This document shows, piece after piece, positions 26,047-36,610 of a stretch of DNA of 64,000 nucleotides (position 1 is the stretch's first letter; the number at the start of each line of letters is the position of its first letter). A model generated the notes under the pieces. It was not told the origin of the DNA, did no database searches, and saw only the letters and a list, made by a program, of their open reading frames with translations. Made by a program: the position numbers and the translations under genes. Origin of the DNA: Roseibacillus sp. Lineage in GTDB: Bacteria; Verrucomicrobiota; Verrucomicrobiia; Verrucomicrobiales; Akkermansiaceae. The stretch lies in contig CBDEUM010000029.1 of NCBI GenBank assembly GCA_965242925.1, positions 1-64,000 on the forward strand, in the 5' to 3' direction.

Positions 26047-27603
26047 GTGATCGAGGAAGAGGTCGTCGAAATGGAGAATGAGGCTCCGGTGCAGGTTCCC
26101 CGGGCGGCAGTTCCGCCCCCTCCGCCCAAGTCGCCCCCCCCGCCCCCGTCGAGGTCGGAGCCTCCTTCCCCGGTTGCCACAATCGCGCTGCAGGACAGTC
26201 GCCAGCCGCAGGGGGGACAGGCGCGGCCGCTTCAAGCGCAGCTATTGCCTCCGGAGCCTTATGACCAGAGCTACGGGGATGGCGGCCTGACCAATCCATA
26301 TGGACAGGGAGCCGGTCCCGTCCAGGGATACGGCTATGCTGATCCACGTCCCGAGACTCTTCCGGGCCATTCCCCTCCGAAAAGGCTTCGCTCTGCGAGC
26401 AAGAGCAATCCGACTGTGTTTATCGCGTTAGCGGTAATACTGATGATCGGAATCGTGGGAGCGCTCTTTTTCGGTTTGACCCGCAAGACGCCCGGGCCAC
26501 CGGAGGGAGACGGCGTGATCGCCAAGGTCGACTCGGTGGACGGGGAGGGGGTCATCACCCGGGAGCTTGGCAGGCAGAGCGATTTGCGGAGCGGGTTCGA
26601 ACTCAGGGAAGGGGACGTGATTACCGTGCGCGAGGGGTCTGCGCGAGTGGCTTACGTGGAAGAGGAAACGTATCTGCATATCCGGTCGGGAAGTGAGGTC
26701 ACATTGGAAAAACAGAAGGACGGCAAGCAGCTTCGACTGGGGTTGGGGAAACTGACGGTGGAAGCGGCCGCGCAGCCGGTGGGCAAGCCGATGGTGATTC
26801 GCAGCATGAATGCCAGGATCACGCTGAAGGGCACGAGGGTGACCGTGAGCAGCCGGGCGAAGGAGACCCTGGTGGAAGTGGCAGAGGGCTCGGTGCAGGT
26901 TGACCGACCGAAGGACGGAGCGATGGTGCAGGTGCGGGCGGGCGGATGGACCCGGGTGGGAGAGCAGGCGCTGCCCCAGGCCTGGGAGTTCATGGCCGGG
27001 GTGAATCTCAATGGTGGGGAGGTGGCGGTGGACGGAGGCACCTGGATGTCTCATGCCCAGGCCCAGGCGGCGGGGCTCAAGGTAGATGTGGCGGGCAAGG
27101 ACGCGCCTGCGCAGGCGGCGACCTCGCTACAGCAACCCCTCGGGTATGTTGCAGGACCGGGATTGCGAGGCATGCTGATGAGCAAGGTGTCGGTGAACAA
27201 TGCGAAGCTTTCGATCAAGTGGCCCCAGGAGAACGGGCGCTACCAGGTCTTTATGTGGATGATGGAGGACGGGGGCAACTCGGTGCGGTCGCTGCGTTTG
27301 AACGTGATGGGAAAACCGGTCGCCAAAGAGCTGGGCAAGGAGCAGACGCTGGGAGCCTGGAATCGTTTCGGCCCTTACGTGGCGGACATAAAGGATGGCA
27401 GTCTGGATCTCCTTCTCAGCCCGGATTCGAAGTTTCAGAACAAGGAACCCCATCTATCCGGGTTTGCAATCTACCGGCTGGCGGGTACGGGGCCACCGGT
27501 GCAGCCGCAGAAGGCCGGGGGCGTCGGCGTGCCTGAAGCTGACTCCTCTGTGCCCGGGGAGCGCGGGAGACCGCCGGCAGTAGTGCCCACGGTTCCCGAT
27601 TGA
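26014..27603 (+). CDS. FecR domain-containing membrane protein
   Basis: Pro-rich linker, TM helix VFIALAVILMIGIVGALFFGL, FecR-like core (LREGDVITV...LRLGLGKLTVE...ARITLKGT...VEVAEGSVQV), C-terminal beta domain; possible ATG 26014 with GAGGAGG upstream. Confidence 0.75.
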   Translation: MNKYEYEYEYEVIEEEVVEMENEAPVQVPRAAVPPPPPKSPPPPPSRSEPPSPVATIALQDSRQPQGGQARPLQAQLLPPEPYDQSYGDGGLTNPYGQGAGPVQGYGYADPRPETLPGHSPPKRLRSASKSNPTVFIALAVILMIGIVGALFFGLTRKTPGPPEGDGVIAKVDSVDGEGVITRELGRQSDLRSGFELREGDVITVREGSARVAYVEEETYLHIRSGSEVTLEKQKDGKQLRLGLGKLTVEAAAQPVGKPMVIRSMNARITLKGTRVTVSSRAKETLVEVAEGSVQVDRPKDGAMVQVRAGGWTRVGEQALPQAWEFMAGVNLNGGEVAVDGGTWMSHAQAQAAGLKVDVAGKDAPAQAATSLQQPLGYVAGPGLRGMLMSKVSVNNAKLSIKWPQENGRYQVFMWMMEDGGNSVRSLRLNVMGKPVAKELGKEQTLGAWNRFGPYVADIKDGSLDLLLSPDSKFQNKEPHLSGFAIYRLAGTGPPVQPQKAGGVGVPEADSSVPGERGRPPAVVPTVPD

Positions 27604-27649
27604 TTCCAGCCGGTGGGCGTCGGGCCGTCCGGGAGGAGAGTCCCGGCCC

Positions 27650-28525
27650 TTATCTTGAGTGCTGCAGTGGGATCAGCCTGGTGACGAAGGCTGTCCCGAG
27701 GAGGGCCACGGCCATCCCGAGGATCATGCGGTCGGTGACTTCCTCCTGGAGGAAGAGGGCGCCCCAGAGGATGCCGAAGGCCGGGATGATGAAGGTCACG
27801 GTGGTCGCGGCGGTGGCTCCGTTGCGCTTGAGGAGGCCGAAGAAGAGGATAAAGGCCACCGCGGTGCAGAGGAGGGCGAGGGCGAGGGCGCTGGCAAGCG
27901 CCCCCTTACCGGGCAGGGCGGGGGGAGGGAAGAGCAGGACGAGGGGTAGCAGGATGAGGGTGGCGGCGAGGAGGCTCCCGGCCGAGACCGCGAGCGGGGA
28001 GAGGTGGGCGAGCCTGGTTCGGGCGTAGTGCCCGGCGAAGCCGTAACAGGCGGTGGCCCCGATAACAGCGAGGATGGGCCATCCCGTTCCGTCCTGCCGG
28101 AAGTCGAGCTGATCCCCGGTGAGGATTGCGATGCCGGCAAGACCGATGATCAGGCCGAGGGACTGGAACCTGGTGAGCGGGATGCGAAGCCACCAGAACC
28201 CGATGAGGGCGGCACAGATGGGGGTGGTGGCATTGAGCAGGGAGGTGAAGCCGGCTTCAAGGTGGAGGGTCGCCCAGCACAGGAGGGAGAAGGGGAGGGC
28301 GGAGCTGAAGAGGCCCAGGATGAGGAGGGGGACCTTGCAGTCGCAGAGGGCGCGGCGGTGCTCGGGGCGTAGGAGGAAGGGGAGGAGAACGAGGGCGGCC
28401 CCGCCGATGCGGGCGAAGGTGGTGGGGAAGGGGCCGAGTTCCGGGACGGCAATGCGCATGAACAGGAAGGAGGCTCCCCAGATGGCGGAGAGGAGTAGCA
28501 ACCGGATGGTATCGGAAAGACTCAC
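27650..28525 (-). CDS. DMT/EamA family transporter
   Basis: LLLLSAIWGASFLFMR, SLLNATTP, ~10 hydrophobic segments, two EamA repeats. Confidence 0.9.
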   Translation of the reverse strand: MSLSDTIRLLLLSAIWGASFLFMRIAVPELGPFPTTFARIGGAALVLLPFLLRPEHRRALCDCKVPLLILGLFSSALPFSLLCWATLHLEAGFTSLLNATTPICAALIGFWWLRIPLTRFQSLGLIIGLAGIAILTGDQLDFRQDGTGWPILAVIGATACYGFAGHYARTRLAHLSPLAVSAGSLLAATLILLPLVLLFPPPALPGKGALASALALALLCTAVAFILFFGLLKRNGATAATTVTFIIPAFGILWGALFLQEEVTDRMILGMAVALLGTAFVTRLIPLQHSR

Positions 28526-28621
28526 CTTGGTCTGGCGGGGAGCCTGGGGCGCCCGGGAAATGGGACAGACGCCCGCATGGAGCGCCGGGTTCCTGTTGCA
28601 GTTTCCGGAGGGGGAGCCGGG

Positions 28622-29971
28622 CTAGGCGAGTTGGAGCGGTCCGTCCTTGCTCAGCTCCCGGTTGCCGAAGGCTTTCACCTGGTGGCCGAAGGAGTGGGCC
28701 AGTGACATCAGGAGGCGGTTGTGGGGCTGGCCGCCGTAGTCGTGGGACTGCCCCATCTTGAAACCGGCCCCTCCGCCGAGAAGGAGGAAGGGGATGTTGG
28801 CGTGGGTGTGGGAGCTGCCCTCCCCGAGCTCGTTGGTCCACATGATGGTGGTGTGGTCGAGCATGGAGCCCTCCGCCCCGGGCTCGGGAATCTCGTCGAG
28901 CTTCCGGGCGAGGTAGGCGATTTCCCCGGCGAACCACTGGTTGATGCGCAGGAGCTTGTCCTGGGATTTCTTGTCCTTGATCGGCTTGTGGGAAAGCTGG
29001 TGATGGCCCTCCTCAACGTCCAGCCAGCGCATACGGGCCCCGCCCACCGACCGCATGTACTGCAGGGTGCCCACGCGGCACATGTCATTGGCGAGGGAGT
29101 TGACGAGGAGGTCGATCTGCATGCGGCTGACCTGCGGAGTGTTGTCGTTGACCAGTTCGATGTTGGGATCGAGTTCCGGCTCGGGGTGGACCAGTTCGTC
29201 CGTTTCCCCGTTCCGGGTGAGTTCACTCTCCATGGAGCGGACGAGCTCGAGGTGGTCCCTGAGGCGCTGCCGGTCTTCCGCACTGATCTTCGAGGACACC
29301 TTGCGGAGGTCTTCCCGGACATCGTCGAGGAGCCCCGCGAGGGTGGCCTGGTCCTTGCGCTGCCCGTAGAGCTTGTTGAGCATCTGGTAGGGATCGTCGA
29401 TCGGGGCTACCGGTTTGTTGGTCCCGGTGTAAACCATCCGGGTCCAGTTGTCGGCCCGGTCGGGCACCGCGACCCCGAACTCGAGGGAACCGAAACGCGT
29501 GCGGGTGGCAGGATTGTTTTGCAGGAAATTCCTGATCTCCTGGTCGATGGAGATGCCATCGGCCCATCCGGCGGGAGTGTGGGAGCCGCCCTGGATGTTC
29601 CCGGGAAGGAGTTCAACCCCGGTGAGGAGGCAGCTGATCCCGCGCTGGTGCTGGTCGCCGTCACCCCGGATCCGGTTGTGCAGCCCCTTGAGCATGAGCA
29701 TGCGGTCCTTGAACCCGGCGAGGGGTTCGAGAATGGCCTTGAGGTCGCCGAGGGGGCCGGGCTTGTCCTGCCAGAAGTGCGGAGGGAGGGTGCCATTCGG
29801 CGAGAACACGACGATGAGACGCTGCCGGCGGGCAACCGCGTCGGCGGCCTGCAGGCTGGGGAGCCCGGCCACGAAGGGAAGGGCGGCAGCGGAAAGGCCG
29901 AGGTCGCGGAGAAAGTCGCGGCGGTTTGTTATCGTCATTGGTCCCGGTCGGGGGGTTGAACTTCTGGTCAT
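28622..29971 (-). CDS. DUF1552 (HXXSHH) domain protein, Tat-exported
   Basis: NRRDFL Tat motif; FSPNG, SIDQ, SLEFGV, GHHQLSH, GSMLDHT, HTHANIP. Confidence 0.9.
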   Translation of the reverse strand: MTRSSTPRPGPMTITNRRDFLRDLGLSAAALPFVAGLPSLQAADAVARRQRLIVVFSPNGTLPPHFWQDKPGPLGDLKAILEPLAGFKDRMLMLKGLHNRIRGDGDQHQRGISCLLTGVELLPGNIQGGSHTPAGWADGISIDQEIRNFLQNNPATRTRFGSLEFGVAVPDRADNWTRMVYTGTNKPVAPIDDPYQMLNKLYGQRKDQATLAGLLDDVREDLRKVSSKISAEDRQRLRDHLELVRSMESELTRNGETDELVHPEPELDPNIELVNDNTPQVSRMQIDLLVNSLANDMCRVGTLQYMRSVGGARMRWLDVEEGHHQLSHKPIKDKKSQDKLLRINQWFAGEIAYLARKLDEIPEPGAEGSMLDHTTIMWTNELGEGSSHTHANIPFLLLGGGAGFKMGQSHDYGGQPHNRLLMSLAHSFGHQVKAFGNRELSKDGPLQLA

Positions 29972-32256
29972 TGGGCGGCGAGGGGCTTGTCCCGAGCCTG
30001 ATGGCTTGCCGCGAGGACGGTTAATTCTACGACCAAACCCCGGATATTGTAACCAGATTTTGTGAACTTTGTATGCAGGGATTCGAGGGTCCCGGGCCCG
30101 TAGGCGTCGATGGACTGCTTGGTGAAGTGGTGAAAGAGGTGCGTGATGAAGGACTCGTGGGCGGTCCTGCTCCCGGCCGCGAGGTTGGCGAGGTCGCGGG
30201 CACTTGAGATGCGCACCTTCTCGTCCTTGGCATTGGTGTAGTCACTCACGGTGTTGACGGGCTTCTCGTTGTCCTGGGAACGGTGGCGTCCGACCGCGTC
30301 GAAGTTTTCGAGGCTGAACCCGACGGGATTGATCACCCGGTGGCACTCCATGCAGGAGGTTTCCCTGGTCAGTGCGGTCACCTTCTCGCGCATGGTGAGG
30401 GAGGGATCGAATTCCTCGTTCTTGAAGGCGACAGCCTCAGGGGGGGGATTGAGGAGACGGCCGAGGACGTGGCGGCTCAGGAAGACTCCCCGGTGAATGG
30501 GGGAGGTGTTGTCATGATAGGAATTGAGGGAGAGGAGGAAAGGGTGGGTGAAGATGCCGGAGCGCTGGTCTGCGGGGAGGGCGACCTTCTGGAATCCACT
30601 GCCGGGCGCGGCGTCGGCCTGGTAGTAGCTGGCGAGGCGCTGGTTGAGAAAGAGGTGCTTGTCGAGCAGGAGCTGACGGTAGTCGGAGGCTTCGCTCCAG
30701 ACCACGTCGTCGACGAAGCGTTCGAGGGAGCGGCGGAGGTCGGTGACGAGGCGATCATCAAAGCCGGGGTAGAGCTTGGGGTCCTTGCGGAGTTCCTCGT
30801 GCTCATCGATGGCCAGCCAGTGACGGAAAAAGCCCTGCATCTTCTGCCGCGTCCTGCGGTCGGGGAGCATGCGCCGGACCTGGGCGGAGATCTGTTCGGG
30901 CGTGCGCAGCTTGTCCTGCTTCGCGGCCTGCAGGAGCTGTTTGTCGGGCAGTCCGTCCCAGAGGGTGAGCGCGAGCCGGGAAGCCACGGTGTAGCTGTCG
31001 GGGCGGCCCTTGTTCTCCGCCAGGCCGGGGTAGAGGAAGCGGGGGGAGGTCAGGACCAGGAGCATCGAGTGGCGCAGGGCGAGGTGGGGATCGGACTGCT
31101 GGTCGAAACGGGAGTCTACAAAGGTCCTTCGCTGTTCCGGGGTGAGGGGCCGCCGGAAGGCCCGGGCGGCGAACTCGTGGGCATAGCGGCGGAGGGCGGC
31201 AGGATCCTTGCGCTCCTTTTCATTAAGCCCGGAAACAATGTTGAGATAGGTGATGAGATGGTTGACGAGGTCGACCGCGGCGTAGGTGGTGGCCTCCTGC
31301 CATTCCTTGGAAATGCCCGCGCCGCGTTCGTAGCCGAGACTGCGGTCGTCGGGCGGGAACGGGGCGTCCACCACCGTGACGGTATCAATCACCTCGGGCA
31401 TCAGGTGCTCATTCGGGATGGTTTCCCAGACCCCGTGGGGCGGTTTCCACTCCAGGCGCAGGGAGGCGACCTTTTCCTGGTAGGTGAAGTAGCGGAGGTA
31501 GAGGGGGTAACCGCGTCCGCCGAGGAGGAACTTCCGGCCCGTCTTCTCGTGCAGTTCATTCCTGCTGTTCACGTAGGCGTCGATGAAGGCGCTCTTTTCG
31601 TCATCCCCGCGGAAGGAGTTGAGAAGAAAGAGAGCGCTGTTGTGAGTCCTGATCCGGAACTGGTAGAGCCCGGTGTGAGGGGCGAGAAGGGATCCGGACC
31701 AGCGGATGGAGAAACCCTTCTGGTTGATCTTTTCGGCCGGAACCCCTGTTCCCCAGTCGAAGTCGATGGCCGGATCAATCCGTTCGAGGACGTGCTCCTT
31801 TTCCTTATTCATCTTCTCGACGTTGAAATAGCGGCCCCGCAGGCCGCGTTCGGCCTTGATGGTCTGTGGCCGCTTGAAGGACTCGATGAGATCTGCCGCT
31901 GACTGCCGGTACTGGTTGTTGGTCAGGCGGAGGAGTTCGATCCGGGGGGGACGGTTCCGGGCCTGGGCGGCGGGGCTGTAGAACGCGTCGTAGATGTAGC
32001 GGGCTACTGCGCGGGCGTCCTCGTTGACGACGGTGTCCTCCTTGTCCTCGGGCATGGACTTGTGAATGTAGCGCGCGAGGGCGTCGACCGATTTCTTGCC
32101 CCAGAGGGGTTCCTCGTGCTCTTCCTCCACTCCCTGCCCCTTGTCGCCATGACAGGAGGCGCAATGGGAGGCATAGATCTTCCTTCCATCAGGCTGTCCG
32201 AGGGATGTGCACGGCGTGAGGAAGGCCGTCATGAGGAGGATGGAGGAGGATCGCAT
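29968..32256 (-). CDS. Cytochrome c + PA14 + DUF1592/DUF1588 (PSD) family protein
   Basis: CASCH and CMECH heme motifs; RLTNNQY; PA14 ([13 protein letters not shown]); [39 protein letters not shown]; 4-nt overlap with the DUF1552 gene. Confidence 0.9.
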   Translation of the reverse strand: MRSSSILLMTAFLTPCTSLGQPDGRKIYASHCASCHGDKGQGVEEEHEEPLWGKKSVDALARYIHKSMPEDKEDTVVNEDARAVARYIYDAFYSPAAQARNRPPRIELLRLTNNQYRQSAADLIESFKRPQTIKAERGLRGRYFNVEKMNKEKEHVLERIDPAIDFDWGTGVPAEKINQKGFSIRWSGSLLAPHTGLYQFRIRTHNSALFLLNSFRGDDEKSAFIDAYVNSRNELHEKTGRKFLLGGRGYPLYLRYFTYQEKVASLRLEWKPPHGVWETIPNEHLMPEVIDTVTVVDAPFPPDDRSLGYERGAGISKEWQEATTYAAVDLVNHLITYLNIVSGLNEKERKDPAALRRYAHEFAARAFRRPLTPEQRRTFVDSRFDQQSDPHLALRHSMLLVLTSPRFLYPGLAENKGRPDSYTVASRLALTLWDGLPDKQLLQAAKQDKLRTPEQISAQVRRMLPDRRTRQKMQGFFRHWLAIDEHEELRKDPKLYPGFDDRLVTDLRRSLERFVDDVVWSEASDYRQLLLDKHLFLNQRLASYYQADAAPGSGFQKVALPADQRSGIFTHPFLLSLNSYHDNTSPIHRGVFLSRHVLGRLLNPPPEAVAFKNEEFDPSLTMREKVTALTRETSCMECHRVINPVGFSLENFDAVGRHRSQDNEKPVNTVSDYTNAKDEKVRISSARDLANLAAGSRTAHESFITHLFHHFTKQSIDAYGPGTLESLHTKFTKSGYNIRGLVVELTVLAASHQARDKPLAAQ

Positions 32257-32427
32257 TCGCGAGGTCTGATACGTGAGGAAGGGAACGATGTTTCGCCTGG
32301 ACTTGAACGGAGTATACTCCCGAAGGAGCGTGATTGAACTCAGTTCTTGGGGGATCCAACCCCTGTGAAACAGGGGAATCCGTCATTGGCAGGGTGAGCG
32401 AACGGTGACGGGCAGGGCTGGATCGCC

Positions 32428-33969
32428 TCACTCGTAGAGCCCGAGCGGGTAGCGCTTGTTGTTGCTGCGATCAGCCAGAAAGGCCTTTTCCAGCCGCATC
32501 AGAACGTCGGGATGCTTTTTGGCCAGGTTGCTGGATTCCGTGTGGTCCTTGTCCAGATCGTAGAGTTCCCAGGCGTCCGGTTGCTTGGTGCGGACCTTCT
32601 GGCGGACGGCCTTCCATTTGCCGTCCATGACGGCGAGCTGTCCCCGGTAGCCGTGGAATTCCCAGATCAGCGGTTTGCGACGTTGGAAGGATTCCTGTGA
32701 TTTCTTTTCCGGTTGGAAGAGGGGCACGAGCGTGTCGCCATCGAGGTCAGCGGGCGCTTTCGTCCCGGCGATATCACAGAGCGTGGGAAACCAGTCGGGG
32801 AAGTAGGAGGGGACCTCCGTGGCGGTGGCCGCGGGGGTGACACCCGGCCAGCGCACGATACAGGGCACCCGGATTCCACCTTCGTAGACGCTGCCCTTGA
32901 AGCCCCGTAACCCGGCAGTGGAATTGAAGAAGTCAGCGTCGACTCCTCCCACTCCAAACTTCGGATCGCGGGAGCGATGGGTGGTTCCATTGTCGGAGGT
33001 AAAGATGACGATGGTGTTCTCGACCAACCCGTGCTTCTCGATCCGTTTCAGGATGGCTCCGACATGTTCGTCGAGGTCGGAGATCATGGCGGCGTAACCT
33101 GCCCGGGGCCGGGGATGGGGGAGGTAGCCGTTCTGTCCGCGATAGGCCCCCTTTTCCTCGTCCCATTTCTCGGGGTAGCGATCGACCCACTCGCGGGGCG
33201 GGTGCATGGCGACGTGTGGCTCGACAAAGGGACAGTAGAGGAAGAAGGGGCCGTTCCTGTTGGCATCGAGAAACTCCAGGGCCTCGGCGAGGATGCGGTC
33301 TGGGGCGTAGGTCTTGGACCGGTAGTCATCGGCCACAATCGTCCCCTTCGGTTTGCGCTGGTGCCCGGGAATGGCCTTCTCGTTGATGGTTTCGATCCCT
33401 TCGTCGTCATCGAGAAAGGGTGGGAAGAAGGAGTGGGCGTTACGCTGGCAGTTGTAGCCGTAGAAGCGGTCGAAGCCCTGTCGGATAGGTGAGCCGGTGC
33501 TGTCGGTGGGTCCGAGGCCCCATTTGCCGAACCCACCGGTGGCGTAGCCGGCGTTCTTGAGTGCTTCCGCGATGGTGACCGCCCCGGCGGTGATGGGCCA
33601 CTGGCCGGGGAATTTGCGTCCGTTCTTGGAGTCCCCGTTGTTGCGGATCTCGGCGTGGCCGAGATGGCGCCCGGTCATGAGGACGCAGCGGGCCGGGGCG
33701 CAGACCGGGGCCCCGGTGTAGTGGCGCAGGAAGCGCAGGCCTTCACCAGCCAGGCGATCGAGGTTGGGAGTTTTGATTTTCTGCTGGCCGTAGCAGCCGA
33801 CCTCGCCCCAACCGAGGTCGTCGGCCATGATGAAAACGATATTGGGTCTCGGTGGGGCCGGCCCGGAGGAGGAGTCCGGTTTGGCGGCGGAAGCGGGAAC
33901 AGCGGTAGCGCAGAGAAGGGCGGTGGCCCAGGTGCAGGCAGGAATCTTCATGGGGGTAATGGTCGTCAT
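32428..33969 (-). CDS. Arylsulfatase (formylglycine-dependent)
   Basis: PNIVFIMADDLG, CAPARCVLMTG, GKWGLG, FTSDNG, YEGGIRVP; start 33969 or 33951. Confidence 0.92.
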   Translation of the reverse strand: MTTITPMKIPACTWATALLCATAVPASAAKPDSSSGPAPPRPNIVFIMADDLGWGEVGCYGQQKIKTPNLDRLAGEGLRFLRHYTGAPVCAPARCVLMTGRHLGHAEIRNNGDSKNGRKFPGQWPITAGAVTIAEALKNAGYATGGFGKWGLGPTDSTGSPIRQGFDRFYGYNCQRNAHSFFPPFLDDDEGIETINEKAIPGHQRKPKGTIVADDYRSKTYAPDRILAEALEFLDANRNGPFFLYCPFVEPHVAMHPPREWVDRYPEKWDEEKGAYRGQNGYLPHPRPRAGYAAMISDLDEHVGAILKRIEKHGLVENTIVIFTSDNGTTHRSRDPKFGVGGVDADFFNSTAGLRGFKGSVYEGGIRVPCIVRWPGVTPAATATEVPSYFPDWFPTLCDIAGTKAPADLDGDTLVPLFQPEKKSQESFQRRKPLIWEFHGYRGQLAVMDGKWKAVRQKVRTKQPDAWELYDLDKDHTESSNLAKKHPDVLMRLEKAFLADRSNNKRYPLGLYE

Positions 33970-34039
33970 TTCCACGCGATGGTATTGGGGTGAGAAGGCG
34001 ACAGCATCAGCAGGGCATGGCAAGTCCGAAGTGCGGAGT

Positions 34040-35504
34040 TCACCGGTTCTTCCGCTTCGGGCTCTTCTGTTGCCGTTTCTGGAAACCTGCCTTCCGGGTG
34101 TGAGCAATCTCCTCAGTAGCGGTACCCTTGTCGCCCTGTGATTTCATCCAAGTGTCCAGTTGTTTTGAGAGGTCGGTCCGGATGGCGGCGAGCTTGGAAT
34201 CTCCAATGAGATTCACCAGGCAATGGGGGTCCTCCCGGACGTCGTAAAGTTCCTCAGCCGGGCGCTTCTGGTATTTGGCGATCATCGCTTTGGCGTGGGC
34301 GTCTCCCTCCTCGGCCTTCCGGTGCCAACTGGCCCAGAAATTCGCTTTTCCGTCGCCCTCCTTCCGGGTCACCGCATTGGTGAAGACCGTTTCGGGATGG
34401 AGATTGCGGATGTAGCGGTGGCGCTTCGTTCCGCAGCTGCGAATGCCGAAGGCCTCACTGCCGTTAATAATGCCGCGGGTGGTGTGCAGGCCATAGGTGT
34501 AGGTCTTGTGGCCGTGTGGACTTTCCGAGGAGAATGGGCAGGAAGGATTTGCCATCAAGGTCCTGCGGGGCTGCGCCTGCGGCCTCCAGGAAGGTCGGGG
34601 TGAGGTCGACATATTCGACGAGGGCATCGGTTTTCGTGTCGGGCTTCACCCTGCCCGGCCAGCGCGCAATCATTCCGGAGGCGAGGCCGAGTTCAAAACA
34701 GGTCCATTTGGCGAATGGAAAGCCCGAGCCCTGTTCGGAAACGACAACGACGAGAGTATTGTCCCGCAGCCCAAAGTCATCGAGGAGGGAGAGAAGGGCT
34801 CCGCACTGCCAGTCGTAGTAGGTGATTTCGGCAAGGTACTTTGAGTAGGAATCGCGCGTCGCCGGGGTGTCTACCCACGACGGGGGAAGCTTGAGCGATT
34901 CGGGCGGATAGGCGGATGGGTCTCCCTTGGTGTAGGGCGAGTGCGGCTCGTTCGAGCAGGCAAAGAGGCAGAAGGGAGTATCCGAGGACCGGCACTGGGT
35001 GATGAACTTCTTGAGATTCGGGAAGAGTGGCTTGGTTGCGGGTCCGTTGTTGCGGAAGTCGCCGGAATACTCGAAGGGGAAGGACTCCCTGGGTGCAATG
35101 TGGGTCTTGCCGCTCAGGGCCACCCGGTATCCGGCGTCCTTGAGGTAGTGGGCGACCGATTTGGTGCCCGGATAGACACAGGTGTGATTCGGCCAGGCGC
35201 CGGATTTCACCGGGTAGAGGCCGGTGTAGATGTTGTGCCGGGTGGGTGAGCACATCGGGGCGGTCTGGAAACAGCGTGTGAACTTCAGCCCCTCCTTGGC
35301 CAGTTTGTTGAGATTCGGAGTCCGGGCCTGCCCGCCATAGACCTCCATGTCGAGATAGGTGCAGTCGTCCGCTATCATGAAGACGAGGTTGGGGCGACCT
35401 GCGGCGGCGGATTGACCTGTGGTTGCCAGGGCGGCGATCGCGAGGAGGATGGTGGAGCAGAACGCCGGGAGAAGAAGGGGAGGGCAGAGCGGGTGGAGCT
35501 TCAC
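34040..35504 (-). pseudogene. Sulfatase split by a 1-nt frameshift near 34514 (pseudogene or sequence error)
   Basis: N part PNLVFMIADD, CSPTRHNIYTG, LDGKSFLPIL; C part in the next frame HKTYTYGLHTTRG...YIRN...EELYDVREDP. Junction TCC ACA C GGC CAC; 487 aa if joined. Confidence 0.8.
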
Positions 35505-35568
35505 CCGGGCATGCTAGGGGGGGCAGGAAGCTTGTCGATGGAGAACCTCCGCAGGAAAGGGGCGCCTC

Positions 35569-35979
35569 CTAGGGAATGGTGGACCACGATTTCCCCAGGT
35601 GCTCAAGTGATTCCAGGAGGCTCCCTTCATCAAGTGATCTGGCCCTGGTGGTGGCCGAACTGATGCGTCCAAGGACCTTCGCCCGGCGCTTGAAAAATTT
35701 CTTTGCAAGATCTTGCGCCACTTCCGGAGTGGGTTTTCCCACCGCATCGGAGCGCTCGGCGATCTCGTCGAACTCCTCCACCAGTTCCTCGATTTCGCGA
35801 GCGGCCTGCCGGGCACTTTCATTGTCGCTGGCCTGTTCAAGAGCGGTGGCGAACTGCTCCATCAGTTCCAGGGTGTCGCCCATGATCTTTTCGTGAGTAT
35901 CCTTCTGGCCGCAGGAGGGTAGGACGAGACAAAGGCCGACTGCCGCTAGAGTAGCGATATTGCGGGACAGGCCAGACAC
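35569..35979 (-). CDS. Hypothetical helical lipoprotein
   Basis: Signal peptide with lipobox LPSC, then amphipathic helices. Confidence 0.7.
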   Translation of the reverse strand: MSGLSRNIATLAAVGLCLVLPSCGQKDTHEKIMGDTLELMEQFATALEQASDNESARQAAREIEELVEEFDEIAERSDAVGKPTPEVAQDLAKKFFKRRAKVLGRISSATTRARSLDEGSLLESLEHLGKSWSTIP

Positions 35980-36027
35980 GCCCCAGCCTCTGCAGTCGTT
36001 CCTCTTCCGTCGAGCAGAATCGGGCTC

Positions 36028-36450
36028 TCACCTGGTAACCGGCACGAAGCGCACGACGTCGATGATGACGTGCCAGTCGGTTTCCCTGCTGCTGATGGTG
36101 AGGGAGGCCCTGCCAGCGAGCTTATGTCTGCCGAATCCGTGAAAGGAGCCCTGTGCGGAACTCTATTTCTGGTTGAACGTAAAGATCCGGTCACCGGACC
36201 CGCCCGAGGTGGTAAGGAGGGCCGGGACCTTGGTAGCGCGGTTGGAATGGGCCACCCAGGTCACTGGAGGAGAGTCCACCCAGATGTGTGTCAGGACAGA
36301 CGATGACAACCGACTTACCCATGCGTTTGGCCTGCACCGCGGACATGACTCCCGCAAAGATTCCGCCGTAGACCACCACGTCGTGAATCTTGCCGGTAAG
36401 AGCGGGATCCACAGTCAGAAGAGTGACGGTCAGGAGAAGACGGGTGACAT
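36028..36450 (-). pseudogene. Internally deleted FAD-dependent oxidoreductase (xanthan-lyase-associated/golvesin-C type) remnant
   Basis: N-terminal HDVVVYGGIFAGVMSAVQAKRMGKSVVIVCPDTHLGGLSS abuts, out of frame, AHSNRATKVP...FNQK*...LTISSRETDWHVIIDVVRFVPV*. ATG at 36450 is out of frame with the signal peptide; internal TAG at 36163-36165. Confidence 0.75.
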
Positions 36451-36610
36451 GAGGAAAGTCTCGATCTTCCTGTTCCAGTTTTCAAGTTACGCTTTCCGGC
36501 GACGGGCGATGCTTCAGTTTTACGGCGATTGTTCCTCAGCAGGTCATCATCTGGGCCTGCGATCCGGGCCGCGGGCGAATAGGCAATCCCTTACGCCAGG
36601 ATACCCTGCG

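Noticed and set aside
30283..31902. Long antisense ORFs (also 16576-17955, 28721-29959, 36173-37981, 54406-55833, 58178-60232)
   Set aside because: Each lies opposite a well-supported gene and has no motifs; such ORFs are expected with high-GC codon bias.
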